64,000 nt of DNA, taken from Neoconidiobolus thromboides FSU 785. Lineage: Eukaryota; Fungi; Entomophthoromycota. Under the pieces are notes generated by a model, which saw only the letters and a list, made by a program, of their open reading frames with translations, made no database searches and was not told where the DNA came from. The stretch covers positions 51,523 to 115,522 of the forward strand of contig MU626314.1 in assembly GCA_025603075.1 (NCBI GenBank), written 5' to 3'. Positions 26,156 to 38,449 of this stretch are shown here, one piece after another. The first letter of the stretch is position 1; each line of letters starts with the position of its first letter. Made by a program: the position numbers and the translations under genes.

Positions 26156-27077
26156 TACTTCGATATTATAAGTAATTAGTTTTTTTGAGTCTAATATTTG
26201 GATATCTTAATATATGTATGTATATGAATGTATAATAATATGCGTATAATGTAATAATTATAGTTAATTTAAAAGGGGAAAATGAGTTGTAGTATTTTTA
26301 ATTTTATATCTTAGTCAATATTCATTCTTGACTTTATTTCTTACCTCCTTACCCCTTAATCAGCTTAATCTTTTATTTTACATAATCTGGGGAGAATTGT
26401 AGGCTTATTTAATAGGGGATTTTTGAACTCTTTAGGGAAGCTAACTTAAATTTCCTTATAATTTTTTATTAAATTCCCCACTATCAATCATGTTTTTACA
26501 TTATGGCAATGCTAAAACTGATTTACGTTCAAATTCGGAAGGCAGATTTTTTAAAACGAGCTTTGTAGTTGCTTAAGTTTTGACGTTTAGACTCCTATAT
26601 ACTAATTAATGAATTATGCTGCACATCTAATCCTAGTGTATGAAGTAACATTAAATATTATATTTTTATATTACTAATATATTTTTTTAAGAAATCTAAT
26701 TTTTAATATTTATCCTTATACAATAAATTAAACTAAATTTATGTTGATTTATATAAGCATGTAAAACATGAGTAAAATCTAAGAATAAAGTCATTAAAGC
26801 ACATTTTATTAAAATTTCTATAAAGTTTAAATAGTGATAAGGTCATAATATTAATAAAATAAACTAACTATAAGTTTATAATCCTTGCTAGTATATATTA
26901 ATGGCAAATTTATATTCAGTCTTAAATAAAAACTAAATAGTACTTAAATATAGTATAATTTTTAAATAGTCTGAATTCGTAAAAAAGAAAGAAAAGGATA
27001 GAGAATTTAAGAATTCAACTAGGAGACTAATTTTTTTCAAAAACAAAGTTTATTTATTTTGTAAAAGAATAAAATAT

Positions 27078-27176
27078 GGGGATGTTTTTTTTGGTTTCAC
27101 TACTTTTTCCATCTTTTAAGCGCTATTTGAGTGGAAAAATTGTTAGTAAAATCCTTAAATACAAAAATATATCCCT
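27078..27176 (+). mobile_element. MITE copy F
   Basis: atat|ggggatgtttttt...aagcgctatttgagtgg...tatatccct|atat. Confidence 0.87.
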
Positions 27177-27583
27177 ATATATTAATGTTACTAAACATAT
27201 TTATGACTAATATGGCATTTCTAGTCCAAAGTTAATATTTGGTTATCAACTTTCAGAATTATTTTCAACTTTTACCAGATCAAAACTTTCTTACAAGAAT
27301 TGTATAAATATTTAATAAGAACTTAGCAACAAAATTTTCAAAAACTGGCAGCTGTAAGAAACTTGCTGACTTTGAACTGAAATGCCCTTCTACTATAAGC
27401 TTCGCTTCCACTTCCCACTTAAGAAGTTTCTTTTCCAAACTTAATTTCCTTAGAATTACATCATAATTTGCATCAAAATTTAATTGATATTTAAACTTAA
27501 ACACAAAAATGGCTTCATATTTTAACTATATCATATTTTTCATTTTCAAACTTTAAACACATAAATTATCACTTTCAACAATA

Positions 27584-27832
27584 ATGAGCTACCCCGGCGC
27601 AAGTAATAAATACAACAACCCCGCACAAGTATCTACCAATGCTTATGGGCAACCTATTATTGACCCATTGGCCTATCAGTACGGTCCTTGTCCCACTGGT
27701 GGATTACATGATATCCGATATCATTATAAAACATATCAACTACTATTAGCGTTTCTCATACTTCCAGTGTTTTGTTTTAAATCAAAGAATATTGTTTGTA
27801 AAAAATGTAATAAGGTATTAGGATCAACTTAA
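27584..27832 (+). CDS. Small BRI3 (brain protein I3)/DUF2367-like membrane-associated zinc-binding protein, 82 aa
   Basis: P/Y/Q-rich N-terminus, CPxGGxH, hydrophobic LLLAFLILPVFCF, then CxxC near the C-terminus. Confidence 0.6.
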   Translation: MSYPGASNKYNNPAQVSTNAYGQPIIDPLAYQYGPCPTGGLHDIRYHYKTYQLLLAFLILPVFCFKSKNIVCKKCNKVLGST

Positions 27833-28071
27833 TTCAATGTATAGGCTCATTATTAGTATAAAGTATTTGCGTATCGGAATTAACAGTTTAAATTCTAAAT
27901 GAATCAAGTTAGCATATTCAATATTTAATAAAGCTGTATAAGAAATTGGGTTGTTTAGATTTGTGTATATTAAATTTTTTAAGTAATAAAATTAATAAAA
28001 CACTTTAATATAAATAGTCGCTGTTTATTTTAACATACTTTCTATTATTAATTTTTATTAAAGACAACATA

Positions 28072-29898
28072 TTAATCTCCCTTATTTCTAACTTTAGAAA
28101 GGGTGAACAAGCACATAGCAAGGAAATTAGTACCAAACAAAATCCAACAAGCAGCTCTCATTGTATAATGAGACTGTCCAATGACGGGGACTTTTTCTTC
28201 TAAAGTGGCCATCACCGTAATCAACAAGATACCAAACAGTTGAGCAATACTATTTAAAAGTCCAGTGATAGTGTTTTCATCGTGACGGGAATATAAAATA
28301 CTACCATATTGAAACATAATAGGCATTAAGGCAGCTGAAGACATACCATATAATAAACTAAAAAATTAATCAGTTGTTGAAATAAATAAATAAAATATTA
28401 AAGCTACCTTCCTACATATAATACGGGGTAGATTTGGTATTCTAAAGAAAGGTTGATGGCAAGTAAAGATACGACAGTCAATACAAATAGGGTAAGGGAA
28501 ACCGTGAAGTAATGAGGGATACGATCAAGGAAGTAACAGGCAACTACAGAGGTAATGATACCAGCTATTAACATCCAGAAACCGAGCCAGCCTACTTGTG
28601 ACTATAAAATGGAATTAGTATCATAAATGTTAAATAAAAAAAATAATACTTCATCTGTATCTAAAAACACAGGTAGGACAATAATAGATATTAAAGTTTG
28701 TACGGCATATTGTACACCAATAAATAAACCATAGCTCAAAGAAAAACATTGAAAGGTAAAAGTGGTCAATAACTCCTTAATACTTGTTATTAAAGATTTG
28801 GCCGTTGGTTCAGTAAAGGTTTGATTACTAACAGTATTAAATATAAATATAAAACAATAAATTGCTAAATGAATTACTTTGATCTATAGCTTGGAGCAAG
28901 AGGCATTAGAACTATGATGGCCAACAATAAAACAGAAAATGCAATCGACTAAAACATTCAATAAATATATTTAGTAATAATCAAATAAAACTTACTTGGC
29001 CTAATAGGTAATAAGGAATTGAGTCAGTTATGTTCTCTGGATCAACGGAAGCAGGGGTTAATAAAAACCTATCCAAAAATAAGTAAAGCTAAAAATAAGT
29101 TAATGAATGCTTACCCAACTGCTGATCCAAACACATTAGAGGTAACACCGATGGAAATAGCCAAGTTTTGTTCGTTGCTTGGAAACCAAACTGAGGCAAG
29201 CTTAGGGGGCATACCTAATTGAATTTAGTAAAAAAGCAGCCTAGTATATAAAGTTACTTACCTAAAGTGAACACCTGGCAAAGAGAAGCCACAGCTTGAC
29301 CAATAAAATTAACTACAAAATTTTCGAATGCAAGGTATCTTATCCAGCATCCGAGTACATGTAAACCACAAGAAAAGATCAAAGCGAATTTTAATCCATA
29401 CCCAAAGCCAGAATTATCAGCTTTATTATACCTTTTATACTCCAAGCTAAGGAACAACTGTGAAAGATATAAAGCAGGTAACAAGAATGGTGGATAAGTA
29501 ATCATATAAATAGTGGACAAGAAATTAATATAATAAGTAGATTCCAAATGGTAGTATTTTGAGAAGGTATCAGCGGAAGGGGCATAGGTAATCCAAGCTA
29601 AAGCGCTTGAAAAAGTTACCATACTGAATAACAAGAGTACAAGCCATCTTCTTTTGTCTGCTTTTATTTCAACATTTTCTATCTCAGAGTTAATCTTGTT
29701 TAAGTCTTCTAACTCTAAAGGCTCTTCTATCCCTTTATTGGATAAAGTTGGTGTAATTAATGGGGAGTTTTCATTTTTTATCTTTTTGGTACCCACTTTG
29801 TCTTTTATGTCTAGATTACTGGAATCCGAGACGCTTTCTACATCTTCATTTTCAAGGTCTTTCCTATTTGTCCTCCTATAGCTTATTGTTTCTTCCAT
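28072..29898 (-). CDS. MFS transporter, FLVCR/SLC49-like, multi-exon
   Basis: RRWLVLLLFSMVTFSSALAWITYAP...INFLSTIYM...LP, GQAVASLCQVFTL, and IMFQYGSILYSRHDENTITGLL. Multiple hydrophobic helices. Confidence 0.85.
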
Positions 29899-30338
29899 TT
29901 TAAATAGCTATTGGTATTGGTATATTTGGTAAGGCAGCTTTTTACAAAAGATAAAATATTTTTAAAGAGTTCGATATCTGCTTTTATAGACTAAAAATAA
30001 AATAGTCAATATAAGAATAAACTAGTACTTTGGCCAATTAAAAAAATCCATTCAAAGGAATGGATTTTTTTTGCATTCATATTTTAAAGGTGAAATTTAT
30101 GGGGGAAATATACTATATTTGGGAATATTTATACTTTTTAAAAGAGGTAGATTTTCAACCATAAAGATATTTTTATTAAAGTTTCTATAATGTGATTATT
30201 AAATATCTATTAATAAATGGTACTCTACTCAATGTATTTAAAAGGAGGTTTAACATTTGATTTTTTGTATATCATTTTATATGATTTATTATAATGACAC
30301 ATTTTAATAACTAGTCATTTTTATCAAAATCAATAAAT

Positions 30339-30434
30339 GGGGAGTGTATTTTTTTGTTTAAGAATTTTACTAATAATTCTACACTCAAATAGTGCTTAAA
30401 AATGAAAAAAATGATGAAGCCAAAAAACATCTTC
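30339..30434 (-). mobile_element. MITE copy G (AAAT direct TSD)
   Basis: aaat|ggggagtgtatt...aacatcttc|aaat, reverse orientation. Confidence 0.82.
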
Positions 30435-31176
30435 AAATTATCATGGTTTAATAATTTTAAATAAATTAAGCTTTTGTATATACAATTTTTGATATACATA
30501 TAAAACAATGATTGAAAACTAGATATAACCACTTTTTTCGCTAAAAAGAATGCTATTTCTTAGAATGTTAGAACAGTTCCTATATCAAAAGTCTAGAATA
30601 GAATTTTCGGCTTAGAAAACAATTTCGGAAATAATAAATTATTATTAGCAAGCTTTGAGGTTACTTATTTGTGTATTTGTTAAATAGCTATCTTGTTAAA
30701 AGTTATGCCTACTTAAGTTTATTTCATATTTGTAACAATTTGATGGCTGATTTTTATATTTCATTTACAAGGTTGTTAAATTCAACTAAGTTCATGAATA
30801 TTCAGAAATAGCAGATTAAATTAAAGAATAGATTCGCAATATTTCGATGATTTTATGTTATTAATTATTGTAATTTAATCGGTTGCTATATACATTATAT
30901 AAATTCCTCATTTGATTTGGTTTTGAAGGTTTGTAGCTTTATTTCACTAATCTAACTTCTACTATATAATACCACAACTAAAGCAAATATAAGAGTAAAA
31001 CTTAACACAAGGACATGTCTTTCCTTTTAAAGATTCTATTCTAACTTTTCCATCTGATAGTGCTTGAAAAATAGAAAAATAAATGAAACAGAAAAATCCC
31101 AAAAATTCTATAAACTTAAAAAGAGTTATTTTTTTATTAAAGATACAAATCAAATGCACTAATAATTTTTATTTAT

Positions 31177-33190
31177 CTATCGGGTGGTAACCTAAAAGAA
31201 TAATAAATATTAAAAATAATCCAATAAATGGCAAATCAACTTACAATATCATCAATCTTAAGGATCATACGGACAGCTTCAGTAGCAAGCTCAATAGCTG
31301 AAGTAGAAACCAAAAGAGGCTGGACAACATTTTCTTCTAAGATATTGGTGATCATGCCCTAATTAATTAAGTAAAGAGCGTTAAACTTCATTTATTAAAT
31401 TTACCTTTCTAACATTGATACCAGCAGTTTTTTCACCTTTAGCATGACGATTACGTAACTCAGTAACAATTTTAATTGAATCAAGACCTGCATTTTCAGC
31501 TAATGTAGCTGGGATGATTTCTAAGGCTTCTGCAAAAGCTTCAAAGCAATAAGCTTCCATACCCTTCATTGATTTAGCATATTGCATAATACGAAGAGAA
31601 GCTTCAACTTCAGGAGCACCACCACCAGCAATTAAAGCTCTAAATTAAAAGATTAAATTTACATTATATTAAATTTGTTATCATTACCTCTTTTTAACGA
31701 GACAACGGACAACACATAAAGCATCGTGAAGAGAACGTTCAGATTCATCTAAAACCAATTGATTGGCTCCGTGACAAATGACAGAAACTGTTTTGCCAGG
31801 GTTTCTGACTCCAGTAAATTTAACAACTTTTGAGCCCATGGAATCTACCTCTTCAACTAAGTCGGCGTAACCCAATTTATCTTCATTGAAAGATTCGATA
31901 TCAGCGATGGGTTTACAACCAGTACTCTTACATATGAATTCAACTTCGTCCCTTTCAATGTCTTTGATGACCATAATCTTTAATTTGGCCATAAAATGAA
32001 GAGAAAGTTCATTGACTGCATCACGAAGTATACTCTTTTGAATTAAAATAACATTAGCTCCACTCTTTTTAATCTTTTTACACATGTTTAATAAATATTG
32101 TCTTTCTTCTTTCAAAATTTTATCCATTTGGCGGTAATCATTTACAATAATTTGATTTTCCATCTAGAGTGAATTAAGCAAATATTATAATACAATTGAA
32201 AGTTTGGACTTACATCTGGTTTAGGTGCAGATAATTGGAATTGAATTAAAGCAATCTTTGCTTTTTCGATGCGACTTGGTCCACCAGCAGAGCGAATGGC
32301 ATTTTGTGTTAATGCAAGCCCGGATAGTAATTCAGTATCATCAATAGTACCACCTACCTTTTTAACTAAACGGATATCTCTTAAATCAACAGAATGATCA
32401 ACAGAAGGATCTATAACTCTTAAAATAGAGTCTACAGCAATTGGGGCAAGTAAAGAAGAGTATTGAGAAACGATCTAAAATAAAATAAAAAAATGAATCC
32501 ATTATTGAAGACTCATTTACCTTAGAATTCAAAGAAGTACTAGCACTTTTCAATAATAAATCTCTGTTTGAGAGATCGATAGGGGTGGCCATATCGGATA
32601 AAAACTCGGAAGCTTTGGCAGCTGCATTTGAAAATGACTCAGCAATAACAGTTGGGTGAATGCCTATTTAATCTCATCAACATTAATCCCATAATATTTT
32701 TAAATTAGTTTTACCTTTATTAAGTAATTTTTCAGCAGCAGCCAATAAGCTACCAGCTAAAACAACGACGGAAGTGGTGCCATCTCCAGCCTCAACATCT
32801 TGAGCTGCTGATAAGTCCACTAACTAAAAATTAGCTTAGTGATTGAAATTTTAAAATAAGTACCATCTTTGCTGCTGGGTGCATTACGGCCATATGCTTT
32901 AAGATAGTGGCACCGTCATTTGTAATAAGCACTTCCCCAGAACTAGTTTTAATCTTTTTTATATTTTTAGTTTTGTATATATTGGTTTTTTAAATCATTT
33001 ACCATTTTGTCCATACCTTTTGGACCTAAACTGGTACGAATGGCATCGCTAACGGCTGTACAAATTATTACATGGCATTAGTCTATAAGAGGATATATTT
33101 ACCTTTGGCGGAAATAATGTTAGATAATCTAACTTCAACAGGTTTGCTTTTATCTTGAAATGCACGGGTTGTTTGTACTTTAGCGCTCAT
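31177..33190 (-). CDS. CCT4: T-complex protein 1 subunit delta (CCT4), multi-exon
   Basis: [69 protein letters not shown] and LKIDDI|VTTR*. Confidence 0.96.
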
Positions 33191-35157
33191 CCTTTTCAAT
33201 CAATTTAACAAAGCTTACAAAAATTTCAAATTGTTGTCAAGTTCGATGCTTAGCTTTGATTGGTGTTTAAAGTTGATTCTATGGGATGTTTTAATTGGTA
33301 ATTTTTATTATGAAAAAAATAACAATAGAGTTTGAAATAGTTCAACATGAAGTTTTAAAATAGACTTCATATTAATAATATTAAAATCAAGCTAAAAATT
33401 TAACTGAAGTTGGCCTATAAGTGTGTGGTGTGAAATAATGAAGGATTTGGCTTGTATATGTATTATCGTATAAACTGCAAATATTCATTATAGTAGCTCA
33501 CTTTTATTTAATCTCTGAGCAAGTGCGCTTAGGTGTCACACCTACTAGCTTATATATGAATGATAGTTATTATTTTTATGCTTTGAAAGTTCCTAGTCCA
33601 GTTTAAATATGGCATCAGTACATATTATATTTTATAAATGTACGTTTTAAATAAAAATGTAGATTTGTTGGTATAAAGTGCTTTATTGTATTTATAGTAG
33701 TTTGTCTAATAGTTTGATTTTAAGAACCAAAATTAAAACTATCATAAAAGGATTAGGATAGAAATATAAAACCAATGCAACTATTATAATACTAGGGTAA
33801 ATATTATGCTGATTCAATCCAATATACTATTATGTACTTTTACTTTTTAAAATTTATGAGAGCTTTATATAGCTTTATAAAAATAAACCAAAAGAAATTC
33901 AGTGAAAATAATAAAATAGTAATTAAACATACATATAAACTTTTTATTATGAAAACTTAAGAGTATCTACATTAAACAGATATATTCAAGGAGTTACCAC
34001 AGTAATAGTTATAAACAACATTTTATTATAATAATTTATAAAGCTTTTTAATTAAAGTTCATCATATACATAACATACGTAAGGTGCGTTTTTATAGGGA
34101 AACAGCACTTATCTAGTATTTAATATTATACATCATAATAAAGTGATAATATCCTAAAAATAAATTTCCAAATCTTTGTAAGATATTTTGACATAATCTT
34201 CCCAATCTTTTATGATTAATATGGATATTTTGTTTTAAGATTTGGATTAAAGCAGTAGGCAGCAATAAGCACATTAAAATATGATATCAATGTTAATTGA
34301 AACTTGATGAAGCAGCAATTTATCAAAAACCGTACTAATGTCATCTTCTTTTGTAATTTTTCTGCATAGATTCACTTGTAATATTAGCAATTACTTCAAT
34401 GTTACAACTTTTGTGTGAAATTATTATCCTTTGATCACTTTGATTTATATACCTTAAACTGTGGAAACAAAGTGGGGATAGTTTATGACCATACTCTATT
34501 AATATTAAAGAGAAAGCTAACCCCTCTCAGAACTATAATACAATCGAGTTTTACATAATTCATCAAAATCTAGTCTCCTTTATAAACTTATAGGTTTACT
34601 AATCTGTTCATTTATCTTATATTTACGTCTTATAATAAGAATTAAAAGTCACTACCTTTATTTTTCCTATAACCTGAGACATCGTTTTTCTAAATAGTTT
34701 CAAAAAATTCTCATATTTATATATATTGAAATTGAAATAATCGCTCCTATCAAGGTTGTTCATTCTTTTTACATTCCAAAAAATAAATTCGCATCTACAT
34801 AACATTTCGATTTAAACTGTAATTTTTATACTTCATTTCATACTATTTTCGAATAGTTTACAATCTAATTCCATTTAATATCCATCCATAATCCATCTGT
34901 TGATCTTACTAAATTCTACAACATCAATCTTTGACGGATTATAAAACATCTCCACTATTCACATTGCGAAATTACTGTATAACTGAAATACATGAATAAT
35001 ATAAAAAAACATATAAATATGTCAAAAATGCTTTGTGATTTTCTTTATATAAATATAAAGAAGGTTCGTAGCGGTCGCACCTTTTATGAAAAACAAAATA
35101 AAAATTTTAAACCAAACTATTTTTTATTGTTAGTTAAATTATTTAAAGCCTAACACT

Positions 35158-35523
35158 TTATTCTTCTTCTTCCTCATCACCGAGGTTATTATCAACGTTA
35201 TAATAACGTAATTTGTAGGTAGCCTTGTTAGTAGCAACAACACGGACCCAATCTCTGATGCTGTGTTTCTTTAAATACTTCTTGGTTAAATATTTGAAGT
35301 AACGTTTAGCGAATGGAACTTTGGAGGTAACAGTAAGCTTGTTATCAGTGGAACGAGAGATCTTGACATTGCTACCGAGGTTGTTGGTACGACCAGCAAC
35401 CTTGACGCGATCGTGTAAGAATTTTTCGAAAGCGGCAGCATCAAAGATACCATCTTTAGCTGGGGTAGAGCAATCAATAACGAATTTGCTGTTAGTAGGC
35501 TTAGCAACCTTGGCGGCAGACAT
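35158..35523 (-). CDS. RPL22: 60S ribosomal protein L22 (eL22), intronless
   Basis: KFVIDCSTPAKDGIFDAAAFEKFLHDRVKV...PFAKRYFKYLTKKYLKKHSIRDWVRVVA. Confidence 0.97.
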   Translation of the reverse strand: MSAAKVAKPTNSKFVIDCSTPAKDGIFDAAAFEKFLHDRVKVAGRTNNLGSNVKISRSTDNKLTVTSKVPFAKRYFKYLTKKYLKKHSIRDWVRVVATNKATYKLRYYNVDNNLGDEEEEE

Positions 35524-36019
35524 TTTTATGAATGTGAAAGAAGGTGAACCTAAATGGGGATTGATTCTTTTAATGTATCTGTTGGTTTTTTATAAACCCT
35601 TAAAAAATTTTAATTGGTTGAATTCATAAATTTTGCATTTGTGCTGCAAAAATCAATAAGGGATTTATCGAACTTTAGTTAGTTGATGATAAATAACATT
35701 TGAAAGAAGCAACTTTTTTGGGAAATAATAATTAGTACATAAATTCAATTCTGGTCATTCAAATAAATAATCCAGTGATAAAACATTAAGATATGGGACT
35801 GTAATTTAAAAGCAAACAACTTCCTGAAATTACAATATAGCTTTTTTATAAATAGTGATAATATGATATTAGTGAAGAGTAATCTATTTGTTATTTAAAC
35901 ATATGATTTCAACATCAAAGCAACTGCGAACACGTTCAAAAAATAAACATTAAGTTGTGCACAAGAAAAAAATATGCAAATATTCTTTAGTAAACTAGAT
36001 AATTAAAAATTAGTTTACC

Positions 36020-36978
36020 ATGTTTCAAAAACCAAACAACAATAACAACAATGAAAAGAAGGGATTTAAAAGTAAATTCAATGCAAAGAAAGTACAAGCT
36101 ACATTCAAAGTAAAAGGGTTTGAAAAAGAAGAAGCTAAACCAATTGAAACAGTGGAATTAATTAAAGGATTTAATGGTAATGAAGTGGAAAGGTAACTAA
36201 GATTTATTTTTATAATTAATTTAATGATTTTTTAGTTTAGCACCGCCAAAAGTCGAAAAAGGACCATTGGTAATTCCATTTTCTGGTAAAGAAGCGGCAT
36301 GGAAGAAAAAGATAAAAACATATGTACCAGAAGAATTGATAAATAGAGGCGAAACAGCAACTCATTCTACGCTCAATGTAGAAGAAAAAGAAAGAAAATT
36401 TGGATTAAATGTATCTACCAAAAGTAAAGAAGTGGATACCACTACTGTTGAAGAAGAGATTGAAATAAGTACTGTAAAAGTGGAAGAGATATCCTTAGAA
36501 GAACAAGCTAGAAGAGAGTTAATGAAAGGTAAAATAAATCATTTCACTTAGTTTTCAAATAATAATGTTTGTTTTTAGAGGTTAGTGCAGAAAAACAAGT
36601 TAAAGTAGGAGTTATACCAATGAAAAGAACAGAAGACGAAGCGTTCAAGGAAGAATATGAAAATGCACCAGAAGAAGTAATATTTCATTAACTTTTATTA
36701 ATAATAGATCTAATTTCAAATAGAATACATTAGAAGATTATGAAGATGTACCAATTGAAGAGTTTGGTGCAGCCTTACTTCGAGGGATGGGATGGAAAGA
36801 TGGAGAAAGTATTGGATTAAAAAAATCAAAAGAGTAATATGTTTTTATTTTACTAGATGTTAAAATACTAACACTTGCTTATAGAGATCCAAAAGTATAT
36901 GAAAATAAAAAACGGCCACGATTATTAGGTTTAGGAGCTAAAGAACGAAAAGTGGAACCTGGGAAGAAAAAGAAATAA
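36020..36978 (+). CDS. SPP2: Pre-mRNA splicing factor Spp2/GPKOW-like G-patch protein, multi-exon
   Basis: YEDVPIEEFGAALLRGMGWKDGESIG...RPRLLGLGAK, a G-patch_2-type motif. Confidence 0.87.
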
Positions 36979-36979
36979 T

Positions 36980-37498
36980 TCAACTCTTTTTGGCTTGCAT
37001 CAGATTAACTAATCTTTGGTCTGGATTTAATAAAGCTTTTTTTAAACCCATTAAAAATTGCTTCCGGATATCGATTTTATCCTTGTTATTATTTAATAAT
37101 TTCTTCAGACTGTGTTTCACATTGAATAAATCCTTTTCATCAACATTTATCTCCAAGTTTTGACTTAGCTCATATAATTTTAATTCTCTCTTTAATAGAA
37201 TAAACTCTTTCTTTAATTTAGGGTTTAGACTTAACACCTGTTGTTGTGTATTGATATCTGGTTTTAAATTAAATTGATGAAATTTTTGATCGAATTTATT
37301 ATAGAATGAAATTAACTCTTCTTCTTTTATGTCTTTTTTATCGTTAGATAATAAAGGTTCTAAATATTGTTTTAATTTTAAATAACTTAATTGATTGATA
37401 TTTTTTTTAGTTATATCATTTTGAAAGTAATCAGGATGGATTAAAAAAGTAATTTGCTTAAAATAGTTTGTTATAATTTTCTTTTTCATTGATTTCAA
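36980..37498 (-). CDS. DUF4460 (TCAIM N-terminal-like) protein, 172 aa
   Basis: YFKQITFLIHPDYF...NINQLSYLKLKQYL resembles the HPD-containing DUF4460 motif. Confidence 0.6.
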   Translation of the reverse strand: MKSMKKKIITNYFKQITFLIHPDYFQNDITKKNINQLSYLKLKQYLEPLLSNDKKDIKEEELISFYNKFDQKFHQFNLKPDINTQQQVLSLNPKLKKEFILLKRELKLYELSQNLEINVDEKDLFNVKHSLKKLLNNNKDKIDIRKQFLMGLKKALLNPDQRLVNLMQAKKS

Positions 37499-37608
37499 AT
37501 AAAAAAATAAAAACTTAATTCTGAAAAGAAGTCAAAGATTAACCAAGAATTAGTGCATAATTTTGGTTTTTTTCAAAAATAATTACGTTTATTTTTATCA
37601 TTTCAATT

Positions 37609-38287
37609 ATGATTCAGTGTGCTTTGATATTTAACAATCATGGCAAACCCAGGTTATTGAAATTTTATCAACAGATAGTAAACTATATCTCCTCATCCTC
37701 ACCCCATTATTAACCCTTATCTAGCCCGTACCAAAACAACAAGAAATATTAAACGAAATATTTTCTTTAGTATCCAAACGACCAGATACCGCATGTAACT
37801 TTTTAGAAGGAAGTCAATTGATAGGTGGTAAAGATACTCGAGTAATATATCGTCATTATGCTACCCTTTATTTTGTTTTTGTGGTTGATTCTTCAGAATC
37901 AGACTTGGGGATTTTGGACTTAATTCAAGTATTTGTTGAATCCTTGGACCGTTGTTTTGAAAATGTTTGTGAATTGGACTTGGTAAGGGTTTAAAATGAT
38001 TTACTACATTTATACTTTTTTAACTAACTTTTATTAGATATTTCATTTTGAAGAAGTAAATAAGGTTTCAGATTTAATTGATAATTGTTAATACTTATTT
38101 TAAGGTTCATCAAATATTAGATGAAATGATTTCTGGAGGAATGGTAAATACATATATTAATATAAGTAACATTTTATAATATTTTTAGGTTTTGGAGACC
38201 AATATTAATGAAATAGTTAATGCTGTGCAAGAAGCCAATAAAACAAAAAAAGGGCTTGCAAATGCACTACTGAATTATGGAGGATAA
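37609..38287 (+). CDS. APS3: AP-3 adaptor complex sigma subunit, multi-exon
   Basis: MIQCALIFNNHGKPRLLKFY, CNFLEG, IYRHYATLYFVFVVDSSESDLGILDLIQVFVESLDRCFENVCELDL|IFHFEE. Confidence 0.93.
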
Positions 38288-38449
38288 AAGTTAACTTGGT
38301 TTCTCTTGCTCTTTTATTTAAAAGATAAACAAAATAATAATTTAAAATACCATGATATTAATATTAACTTGTAGAATAACATTTTTTATTCAATATTAAT
38401 CTATAAACTACTTTTATCTTATTATTTTATAAACTTTTAATTATTGAGT

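Noticed and set aside
26525-26550. SRP RNA helix-8-like TTCGGAAGGCAG
   Set aside because: It lacks the conserved AGG/AGCAG internal loop and the surrounding helices.
33435-33525. Box C/D snoRNA candidates (also 35680-35830 and 48050-48120)
   Set aside because: Box C is imperfect or there is no terminal stem, and rRNA complementarity is at most 7-9 nt by eye. A snoscan or Infernal run would be needed.
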